Of a DNA stretch of 64,000 bases, positions 46,945 through 54,800 are shown piece by piece. The notes beneath the pieces were generated by a model, which was given only the letters and a program-made list of their open reading frames with translations, was not told where the DNA came from and did not search any database. Numbering within the stretch: position 1 is the stretch's first letter; every line of letters begins with the position of its first letter. The DNA comes from Fimbriimonadia bacterium (GTDB lineage Bacteria > Armatimonadota > Fimbriimonadia > Fimbriimonadales > JABRVX01), in assembly GCA_041483895.1 (NCBI GenBank), contig JBGPGO010000006.1:96001-160000 (forward strand), read 5' to 3'. A program made the translations under genes and the position numbers.

Positions 46945-47742
46945 ATGCACTCTATGAAACTGCTCGTCGCCATAGTAACGGCGGCTGCGTTGGCGGGCGC
47001 CGGATCGCTCAACGCGTGTGAAAACTGTAAACTGAAGGCGAAAGGATTCTATTTTGGCGAGACCACGCTGCTCGGAAACGGCACGGTCTATTCCTGGGCG
47101 CGGATGGCCTCGAAGACGAAGCCAATCTCAGTGGGCGTTACCTTTACCGAAACCGCCCTCGAAGGTCTCCAAACCGAGCGGCCGCCAAACAACCCATTGA
47201 TGCCGGGATACGAACACCGTATGAACCTGCCGAAGGAGGCCGATGCCGTGGGCATCCAGGGCATCGCGGTGGATTGGAATCCAAAGGGCCACATCCCGCC
47301 CGGCGTGTATGATGTGCCTCATTTCGACTTCCACTTCTACACTGTGCCGACCGCACAGCGAGACAAGATCACTGCGGTCGGAACAGACAAGAAGAAATGT
47401 TTCAAGCCGATCGCCAAAGCGTATCAACCTGACCATTACATGCTGGCTCCTCAGTCCGAGGTGCCAACGATGGGTGTCCACTGGGTTGACGTGACCGCGC
47501 CGGAATTCAACGGCAAACCATTCACGTCCACCTTCATTTACGGCTCGTATAACGGCAAATGGATATTTTTTGAGCCGATGGTGAACAAGAGCTTTTTGGA
47601 GACGAAGCCGAATGTAGTGCTCCCGATCGTGCCCCTGAAGAAGGTCCAAAAGCACGCTTGGTATCCGACGAAGTACGTGGTCCGCTACAACGAAGAACGG
47701 AAAGAATATACGGTCGCCCTGACGGGGTTCGTCTACCGGTAG
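46945..47742 (+). CDS. Secreted DUF5602/TTHB210-like protein
   Basis: Signal peptide; DWNPKGHIPPGVYDVPHFDFHFY, MGVHW, FIYGSYNG..FFEPM. Confidence 0.75.
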   Translation: MHSMKLLVAIVTAAALAGAGSLNACENCKLKAKGFYFGETTLLGNGTVYSWARMASKTKPISVGVTFTETALEGLQTERPPNNPLMPGYEHRMNLPKEADAVGIQGIAVDWNPKGHIPPGVYDVPHFDFHFYTVPTAQRDKITAVGTDKKKCFKPIAKAYQPDHYMLAPQSEVPTMGVHWVDVTAPEFNGKPFTSTFIYGSYNGKWIFFEPMVNKSFLETKPNVVLPIVPLKKVQKHAWYPTKYVVRYNEERKEYTVALTGFVYR

Positions 47743-47834
47743 CGCAAAGGTATACTCCCCGCGGAGCCCCCCAATGACAGACTTCTCCGCTTCACAACCT
47801 GTCCGGTTCGACCGATTCCTACCGAGAAAATGGT

Positions 47835-48689
47835 ATGGCTCGTAGCACCTTTGGCAAGATCGGGATCGTTGGGCTGGGCCTCATCGGGGCCAGTCTGGGC
47901 CTTGCGCTCCGTAAGCGGGAGGTCGGCGAGGAGATTTTCGGCTTCGACATCGACCCGGAGCGCAGACAGAACGCGGAAGAGATTGGGGCGGTCAATACGA
48001 CGTGGGAGACCCTCAATCACCTGGCTGCCGCCGATATACTCGTTCTGGCGGTTCCGCCACCCAGCATAATCCCCTGTCTTTTGGAAGCCGATGTTTTCTG
48101 CAAGGACGGCTGCATCGTCACCGACACGAGCAGCGTCAAGGGCAGCATTCTTCAATGGACCAAGAGCTACCCGCTCAAGTTCCGGCCCCGATTTGTCGGC
48201 GGCCACCCCATGGTCGGCAGGGCGACCTCCGGGCCGGAAGAGGCGGACGCCGACCTGTTCGACGGAGGCACCTGGGTGTTCACCCCAACGGGCGATACGG
48301 ACAAGAAGGCGCTCGGTACCATGGAAAAGTTGGTCAGAGCGGTCGGTGGGCACCCGATACAGTTGTCGCCGGAAGAGCACGATCGGCATGCGGCGGTGCT
48401 TTCCCACGTCCCCCACGCCATCGCATCGATCCTCATTCGCATGAGCGCCATGCTGACCCATCCGGAGATGGCCGGATCGAGCTGGCAGGACCTGACCCGC
48501 GTGGCATCCAGCTCGCCGGACCTATGGCAGAGCATCTTCGCGAACAATCGCGACCAGGTCGTGTCGGCGTTGGAGGACCTTGAGTTTCACATTCACGAGA
48601 TGCGCGGGTTCCTGGAGCACAATGACGACCAGAAGATCCTGGAGCTGCTCAACGAATCGAAGCATCTGAAGGACGGGATCATCTCTTGA
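47835..48689 (+). CDS. tyrA: Prephenate/arogenate dehydrogenase
   Basis: VGLGLIGASL, DTSSVK, FVGGHPM, EEHDR..SHVPH, DLTRVASS. Confidence 0.9.
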   Translation: MARSTFGKIGIVGLGLIGASLGLALRKREVGEEIFGFDIDPERRQNAEEIGAVNTTWETLNHLAAADILVLAVPPPSIIPCLLEADVFCKDGCIVTDTSSVKGSILQWTKSYPLKFRPRFVGGHPMVGRATSGPEEADADLFDGGTWVFTPTGDTDKKALGTMEKLVRAVGGHPIQLSPEEHDRHAAVLSHVPHAIASILIRMSAMLTHPEMAGSSWQDLTRVASSSPDLWQSIFANNRDQVVSALEDLEFHIHEMRGFLEHNDDQKILELLNESKHLKDGIIS

Positions 48690-49984
48690 CCAAAGCCTGG
48701 CGAGTGCGGCGCGGCGGGCCGCTTTCGGGCCGGGCCATTGTGCCGCCGGACAAGAGCATCTCCCACCGAGCGCTGATGCTCGGCGGGCTGGCGTCCGGCT
48801 CCACAGTGATTGAAAACCTCCTCGAAGGCGCTGACTGCCTGGCTACCGCGGCGATTCTTCGCCAGCTGGGAGTGACGGTCGAGCGAGCGGCGGAGGGACG
48901 CTGGCGAGTGGACGGCGGCGCCCTGCGGGAACCGACAACGATCCTCGATTGTGGCAATTCGGGAACCACGATGCGATTGATGGCCGGTATCTTGGCCGGC
49001 CAGCCGTTCCATTCCGTGCTCTCCGGTGATGAGTCATTGAATAGCCGTCCGATGCCGCGTGTGGGAAATCCGCTGCGGCAGATGGGCGCAACAATAGACG
49101 GCCGGGAAGACGGCAAGTTCGCGCCGCTGAGCATCCGAGGCGGCCGGCTGCATGGGATCGATACCAAGACGCCTGTCGCGAGCGCGCAGATCAAGTCCAG
49201 CATCCTGCTTGCCGGGCTTTTTGCCGACGGGGAAACGACGGTCACGGAACCCAGCCTCAGCCGGGATCACACGGAGCGGATGCTTCCGGCGTTCGGCGTC
49301 ACACTGGAACAAAAGGGCCTTTCGGCGACAGTCCAGGGCGGTGCAAAGCTGCAGGCCGGCTTCATTCAGATACCGGCGGACTTTTCTTCTGCCGCGTTCC
49401 CGCTTGTGGCGGCGCTGGTGATCCCGGATTCTCGGCTAGAATTGGTGGATGTGGGAACGAACTGGACGCGAGTCGGTTTCTTGGACTTGCTGCAATCTTC
49501 CGGCGCGAATATTCAGCGAGAAAAGGAGCGGGAACGGGCCGGGGAACCCGCGGCGGACTTGACCGCTCAAACGTCGAGCTTGACCGCCATGACCGCCGGC
49601 GGCGACCTGATACCGCGCATGATTGACGAGGTGCCGCTGTTCGCCGTTGCTGCAACTCAGTCGCACGGGGAAACCAGGCTTTCCGAAGCCGGCGAGCTGC
49701 GACTGAAGGAAAGCGACCGGCTGGAGACGATTCGAATGGAGCTGGGCCGGATGGGAGCCGCCATCGAGACCACGGAGGACGGCCTGATTATTCAGGGACC
49801 CACGTTCCTGACCGGAGCCATCGTCCACAGCCACGGCGACCACCGGATCGCCATGAGTCTGGCCATCGCGGGAATGATCGCCGACGGCGAAACGCTCGTC
49901 ACGGACGTTGAATGCGTTGATACCAGCTTCCCTGGGTTTGTGCAGCTGATGCGCGCCCTTGGGGCGGATATCGAGGAGGTCTGA
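48686..49984 (+). CDS. aroA: 3-phosphoshikimate 1-carboxyvinyltransferase
   Basis: DKSISHR, CGNSGTTMRL, RPM, SAQIKS, RDHTERML, LKESDRL, DHRIAM. Confidence 0.96.
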   Translation: MTKAWRVRRGGPLSGRAIVPPDKSISHRALMLGGLASGSTVIENLLEGADCLATAAILRQLGVTVERAAEGRWRVDGGALREPTTILDCGNSGTTMRLMAGILAGQPFHSVLSGDESLNSRPMPRVGNPLRQMGATIDGREDGKFAPLSIRGGRLHGIDTKTPVASAQIKSSILLAGLFADGETTVTEPSLSRDHTERMLPAFGVTLEQKGLSATVQGGAKLQAGFIQIPADFSSAAFPLVAALVIPDSRLELVDVGTNWTRVGFLDLLQSSGANIQREKERERAGEPAADLTAQTSSLTAMTAGGDLIPRMIDEVPLFAVAATQSHGETRLSEAGELRLKESDRLETIRMELGRMGAAIETTEDGLIIQGPTFLTGAIVHSHGDHRIAMSLAIAGMIADGETLVTDVECVDTSFPGFVQLMRALGADIEEV

Positions 49985-50628
49985 TGGTTATCGCCATCGA
50001 CGGACCGGCGGGCGCCGGCAAGAGCACCATCGCCAAGCTGATCGCCAAGCGATTCGGCCTGCAATATCTGGACACTGGGGCGATGTACCGCGCGTTCGCG
50101 GTGAAGGCCATGCGTCTGGATATGATCCATGCTTCGCCTGAGGAGTTGGGACTGCTGGCGGAGAAGCTGGACCTGCGATTCGATGGAGACCGGCTCTTCA
50201 TGGACGGCGAGGACGTTTCCGAAGCCATCCGCCAGCCGGTCATCAGCGAACTATCTTCCGCCCTGTCAGTCCACCCTCCCGTACGGCGGGCACTGGTCGC
50301 GCTGCAGCAAACGATGATTGCGTCGGGCGGCTGGACGCTCGAAGGTCGGGATACGACAACGGTGGTTGCCCCCGACGCCGACATAAAGCTGTATCTGGAC
50401 GCCTCCCCAAAAGTGCGGGCTTCCCGCCGGACGAAGGAGCTGCGGGAACGCGGGATTTCCGCGGATACCACCGAGGTGCTCTCTCACATGATGTCCAGGG
50501 ATGCCCGGGATAAAAGCCGCGCCGATTCTCCCCTGACCATCGCTCCGGATGCGGACCTTGTGATCACGGATGATTTGACGATTGAAGAGGTGTTTCAACG
50601 GGTGGATGCGCTGGTGAAGCGGCGGTGA
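49984..50628 (+). CDS. cmk: Cytidylate kinase
   Basis: IAIDGPAGAGKST, LDTGAMYRA, EGRD, RDARD..R..SPL. Confidence 0.95.
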   Translation: MVIAIDGPAGAGKSTIAKLIAKRFGLQYLDTGAMYRAFAVKAMRLDMIHASPEELGLLAEKLDLRFDGDRLFMDGEDVSEAIRQPVISELSSALSVHPPVRRALVALQQTMIASGGWTLEGRDTTTVVAPDADIKLYLDASPKVRASRRTKELRERGISADTTEVLSHMMSRDARDKSRADSPLTIAPDADLVITDDLTIEEVFQRVDALVKRR

Positions 50629-51314
50629 ATCTGGCCGCCTACAAGTTCGGGCGCTCGACCTTTCGCGGCATTTGCGCTCTCTACGGCGGCTTGGAATGGG
50701 TTCATGAAGAGCGGGTGCCGAAGACGGGGCCGCTCATCGTCGCTCCCAACCACGTCAGCTTCGCCGATCCACATGCGGTCGGTTCCGCCACCACGAGGGT
50801 CCTGCGCTTCATGGCGAAAAAGGAGCTGTTCGCGCCGGTGTTGCGAAATATCTTGCTGGCTTGGGGAGCGTTTCCAGTCGATCGCGGCGGCACGGACCTA
50901 TCCGCCATCCGATTGACGCTGGATCTGTTGGGGCAGGGAGAGGCAGTGCTGGTCTTCCCGGAGGGCACGCGGGGGGATGGGAAGACGCTCCAGATGCCGA
51001 ACCAAGGGGTCGCTATGCTGGCGAAACGTTCGGGCGCGCCGGTGATCCCGGTTGGCGTTGTTGGGACGGCCAAATTCCTGCCGCGTGGAGCGAAGATGCT
51101 CCATCGGTCGAAGATGTCCATTATCTGGGGCGAGCCGTTCACCTACGCCGAGGTAGCCGGCGGCCTTACGGATAAAGAGGCCCGCGACCGTTTTGCCTGC
51201 GAATTGATGACCCGGATTCGGGACTTGATTGGCGAGCGGGGACCGGCGCCTGCGATGCCCCGGGAATTTACGACGCCACGGGAACGTCCGACCGTTGCGC
51301 CGAATGGATGCTGA
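50625..51314 (+). CDS. plsC: 1-acyl-sn-glycerol-3-phosphate acyltransferase
   Basis: NHVSFAD (HX4D), FMAKKELF, FPVDR, FPEGTR. Confidence 0.88.
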   Translation: MNLAAYKFGRSTFRGICALYGGLEWVHEERVPKTGPLIVAPNHVSFADPHAVGSATTRVLRFMAKKELFAPVLRNILLAWGAFPVDRGGTDLSAIRLTLDLLGQGEAVLVFPEGTRGDGKTLQMPNQGVAMLAKRSGAPVIPVGVVGTAKFLPRGAKMLHRSKMSIIWGEPFTYAEVAGGLTDKEARDRFACELMTRIRDLIGERGPAPAMPREFTTPRERPTVAPNGC

Positions 51315-52338
51315 TCTGGGCGGCCAACTTTCCGGCTAATGCGTGGAACGCCGCGGCTTGCGGTCGTTCCGGGTGGGCAATAACGCTCGGCGTACCCAAA
51401 TCGCTGGATTCCCCGATGATGGGATCGAGCGGGATGCTCCCCAGGAACGGAACATCGAACATCTCCGCCAGCTCTTGTCCGCCCGGGCCTGGGAATACTT
51501 CCGACTCCTTGCCGCAGTGGGGACAGATGAACCCCTTCATGTTCTCGATCACGCCAATCACTGGCGAATCCAGCTTCCGGAACATGACAATGGATTTGGC
51601 CGCGATTCTTGCGGCCACCTCTTGCGGAGTCAGTACGATCACGACACCGGAAAGGGGCACCAGTTGGGCGGTGGACATGGGCGCATCCCCCGTTCCAGGC
51701 GGCAGGTCGGCGATCAGATAGTCCAGCTCACCCCACTCCACGTCTCCAAGCAGCTGTTTGACCGTTCCGGCGATAATCGGTCCCCGCCACATGGCCGCCT
51801 GGTCGTCGGCGAGCAGGAATCCGAGCGACATGATCTTGATGCCGTACTTTTCGACAGGAATCAGTTTTTGGTTCGTGACAGCCGGCTTTGCGCCATGCAC
51901 ACCCATCATGCGGGGGATGCTGGGGCCGTACACATCCATATCCACAATACCGACCTTCGCCCCAGTTGCCGCCAGAGCGATGGCCAGGTTGCAGCTCACC
52001 GTGCTTTTCCCCACGCCGCCCTTGCCGCTCGCGACGGCGATCACATGCTTGACGGATGGCAGCAGGTCCCCGACATCCTCCCGCCCCTTCGTTACCTGGG
52101 CGGTCATTGTAACGTTGACTTCATCTACTTCTGGAAGGGCGAGCACAGTCTGGCGACATTCATCCTCCAGCAACTCCTTGACGGGGCATGCGGGCGTGGT
52201 CAATTGGACTGTAAAGGCGACGTTGCCGCCGCAGATCTTCACGTCCTTGACAAACCCCAGGTCAACGATGCTCCGTCCAAGGTCCGGGTCTTGGACGGTC
52301 TGGAGGGCGCTCAAAATCATTTCTTCAGTTACGGGCAT
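51268..52338 (-). CDS. mrp: Mrp/ApbC/NBP35 Fe-S cluster carrier ATPase
   Basis: DPDLGRSIV, TPACP, SGKGGVGKST, WRGP, DLPPGTGD, ENM..CPHC. Confidence 0.93.
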   Translation of the reverse strand: MPVTEEMILSALQTVQDPDLGRSIVDLGFVKDVKICGGNVAFTVQLTTPACPVKELLEDECRQTVLALPEVDEVNVTMTAQVTKGREDVGDLLPSVKHVIAVASGKGGVGKSTVSCNLAIALAATGAKVGIVDMDVYGPSIPRMMGVHGAKPAVTNQKLIPVEKYGIKIMSLGFLLADDQAAMWRGPIIAGTVKQLLGDVEWGELDYLIADLPPGTGDAPMSTAQLVPLSGVVIVLTPQEVAARIAAKSIVMFRKLDSPVIGVIENMKGFICPHCGKESEVFPGPGGQELAEMFDVPFLGSIPLDPIIGESSDLGTPSVIAHPERPQAAAFHALAGKLAAQISIHSAQRSDVPVAS

Positions 52339-52354
52339 ATCGTCGGAGTCTACC

Positions 52355-52419
52355 TTGACTTGACCCTAGCGGCTGCGTTATACTGCCTAGGCATTTTGAA
52401 GGAGGCGAATCAGCCTAGG
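52355..52419 (+). promoter_or_regulatory. infC operon promoter and leader hairpin
   Basis: TTGACT-N18-TATACT at 52355-52384; hairpin CCTAGGC/GCCTAGG at 52386-52419. Confidence 0.55.
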
Positions 52420-52428
52420 TGAGTAAAA

Positions 52429-53049
52429 ATAAGGCCGAGTAATAGGCGCGACCAGCGACCCCCTGAGCGCACCATGATGAACGAGCGGATATTCCGCCTG
52501 GGTGAGCTCGTAGTGATCAACTCCCGCGGCGAAAATCTCGGCACAATGGACGCGCGTGCCGCATACGATCTTGCCCGAAAGGAAGATTTGGACATCGTCG
52601 TGGTAAATTTGACAGCCCGTCCGCCTGTGGCTCGTATTCTGGATTACGGAAAGTATCAGTACGAGCAAGAGAAGCGGGAAAAAGAATCGTCCAAGAAGTC
52701 GACGAAAAGCGAGCTCAAGGGCATTCGGCTTCGGCCAGGCACGGATGAGCACGATGTCAACACGAAGCTGAAGAACGCCATTCGGTTCTTGCAGGAAGGC
52801 GACAAGGTGAAGGTGACGGTCACTTTCCGCAGCAGGGAGATCACGAGGCCGGAGATGGGCCGCAGGGTTCTGCAACAGTTCGTTGATGGCGCGGTTGACG
52901 TGGCGATTGTGGAAAAAGACCCTAAAATGGAAGGCAGAATGATGTCGCTGATTTTGAGCCCGAAGCCGGGCGCCGCGAGAGCCAGAGCACATCAGGACGC
53001 GCCGCCGGCAGAAGAGACGACATCGGAGGAGAAAAGTGCCGAAGTTTAA
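52429..53049 (+). CDS. infC: Translation initiation factor IF-3 (probable ATA start)
   Basis: NERI, PPVARILDYGKYQYE, GDKVKVTV.FR.RE, PKMEGR; in-frame ATA at 52429 after AGGTGA, with an in-frame stop at 52420. Confidence 0.92.
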   Translation: MRPSNRRDQRPPERTMMNERIFRLGELVVINSRGENLGTMDARAAYDLARKEDLDIVVVNLTARPPVARILDYGKYQYEQEKREKESSKKSTKSELKGIRLRPGTDEHDVNTKLKNAIRFLQEGDKVKVTVTFRSREITRPEMGRRVLQQFVDGAVDVAIVEKDPKMEGRMMSLILSPKPGAARARAHQDAPPAEETTSEEKSAEV

Positions 53050-53233
53050 GACGCGAAAAACCGCCCTGAAGCGGTTCAAAATAAGCGGAACCGGGAAGCT
53101 CATCCGCCGGAAGGCGTATGACAACCATATGTTCTTACACAAAGGCAGCTCACAGAAGCGGCGTCTTGGGCAGGACGCGACTCTCACTCCGGCATTTGAA
53201 AAGCGCATGAAGCGGCTGATAGGATTGAAATAG
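53036..53233 (+). CDS. rpmI: 50S ribosomal protein L35
   Basis: MPKFKTRKTALKRFKISGTGK; between infC and rplT. Confidence 0.95.
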   Translation: MPKFKTRKTALKRFKISGTGKLIRRKAYDNHMFLHKGSSQKRRLGQDATLTPAFEKRMKRLIGLK

Positions 53234-53581
53234 ATGGCACGAGTAAAACGCGGCGTAACCAGCCATAAGCGGCATAAGAAGATTCTCGAGAGGGCAGAGG
53301 GCTATTGGGGTCAGAAGTCCGGCGTAGTCAACAGGGCCCAAGAGCAGTTGATGAAGTCCGGGATGTACGCCTACCGCGACCGCCGGAATCGGAAACGGCA
53401 GTTCCGCCAGCTATGGATCGTCCGTCTGACGGCGGCCTGCCATGCCCACGATATGAAGTACAGCGAGCTGATTCACAAGCTCGCGGTGAAGGGTGTGGCG
53501 TTGGACCGGAAGGTTTTGTCCGATATGGCCATCCACGACGCGGATGCGTTTACCGCGGTGGTCGGCTTCGTCCGGGCGTAG
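53234..53581 (+). CDS. rplT: 50S ribosomal protein L20
   Basis: MARVKRG, YAYRDRRNRKRQFRQLWI, LDRKVLSDMAIHD. Confidence 0.97.
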   Translation: MARVKRGVTSHKRHKKILERAEGYWGQKSGVVNRAQEQLMKSGMYAYRDRRNRKRQFRQLWIVRLTAACHAHDMKYSELIHKLAVKGVALDRKVLSDMAIHDADAFTAVVGFVRA

Positions 53582-53599
53582 CGCCACGATCGGAATTTC

Positions 53600-53628
53600 A
53601 GCGCCCGCCGACGAAGTCGGCGGGCGCT
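53600..53628 (+). terminator. Strong hairpin after rplT
   Basis: AGCGCCCGCCGAC-GAA-GTCGGCGGGCGCT, 13-bp stem with a weak U-tract. Confidence 0.55.
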
Positions 53629-53650
53629 TCCAATTATTAGGGTTAGAGAA

Positions 53651-54670
53651 ATGGCAAAGATAGACGAAATTGCGGCTTCGGCCAAGCAGCGGATATCGGC
53701 GGCCGGCTCCACGGCGGAGCTGGACGCGCTGGAGACCGAGTACCTGGGCCGGAAGGGCGCCCTCAGCGAGTTCCTGAAAGGCATCGGCCGGCTTGCCCCT
53801 GAGGAGCGCAAGGACGCCGGGCAGCGGACGAATCAGGTGAAGGGCGAGTTGGAGGCGCTGGTCGCGGTAAAACGGGCCGGGCTGTCTTCGGGCGATCGGG
53901 CGGCCCAGTTGGAGCGGGAGAAGGTCGATATCACGCTTCCCGCCATCCGGCCGCAACATGGCCTGCAGCATGTGCTGACCAACACCGCCGACCAGATTGC
54001 CGCGGCGCTGATCGGGCTGGGGTTCGAGCGGTGGGAAGGGCCGGAGCTGGAGCATTACAAATACAATTTCGGCGCGCTCAACTATCCCGATGAACATCCG
54101 GCGATGGACGACCAGGATACGTTTTGGGTGGATGACGAGCACGTGCTGCGAACCCAGACCACGGCCTTCCAAGGGCATATCTTCGAGACGCGCAAGCCGC
54201 CATTTCGGATTTTCACGATCGGCCGGTGCTTCCGGCATGAGGCGGTGGACCGGACCCATTCGCACACGTTCCACCAGGTGGACGCCTTCATGGTGGACGA
54301 GGGCGTGAGCATGGCGCATCTGAAAGGGACGCTGGGCCAGTTCGCGCGGCTCATGTTCGGGGATGCGGTGCAGGTGCGGTTTCGGCCCGACTTTTTCCCG
54401 TTCGTGGAACCGGGCGTGGACTATGCGATTACCTGCATTTTTTGCGGCGGTTCGGGCTGCCCGGTGTGCAAGAAATCCGGCTGGATCGAGCTGGGCGGGG
54501 CGGGGCTGGTACATCCGAACATCTTGGAGAGCTATGGGATCGACGCGAAACGGTATTCGGGGTTTGCGTTCGGGCTGGGGGTGGAGCGGATTCCGATGCT
54601 GCAATACCGCGTGGACGATTTGCGGCATTTCACGGAGAACGATTTGCGGTTCCTGAAACAGTTCACGTAA
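53651..54670 (+). CDS. pheS: Phenylalanine--tRNA ligase alpha subunit
   Basis: HPAMDDQDTF, LRTQTT, FHQVD, FFPFVEP, GFAFGLGVER. Confidence 0.97.
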   Translation: MAKIDEIAASAKQRISAAGSTAELDALETEYLGRKGALSEFLKGIGRLAPEERKDAGQRTNQVKGELEALVAVKRAGLSSGDRAAQLEREKVDITLPAIRPQHGLQHVLTNTADQIAAALIGLGFERWEGPELEHYKYNFGALNYPDEHPAMDDQDTFWVDDEHVLRTQTTAFQGHIFETRKPPFRIFTIGRCFRHEAVDRTHSHTFHQVDAFMVDEGVSMAHLKGTLGQFARLMFGDAVQVRFRPDFFPFVEPGVDYAITCIFCGGSGCPVCKKSGWIELGGAGLVHPNILESYGIDAKRYSGFAFGLGVERIPMLQYRVDDLRHFTENDLRFLKQFT

Positions 54671-54781
54671 CGCTGGCTTCCAGCCGGCATCGGGAGGTTC
54701 CCGGCGTGCGAGGGGAACGGAAGAACCCCCACCCAACCCTCCCCCTTTTCCAGGCTGACGCCTGAAAAAAGGGGAGGGGGA
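54667..54781. repeat. Composite REP-like element, copy 2
   Basis: GTAACGCTGGCTTCCAGCCGGC..GAACCCCCACCCAACCCTCCCC..GGGGAGGGG, colinear with 19985-20100. Confidence 0.75.
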
Positions 54782-54800
54782 AGAAAAGCAAGGACAGTTT

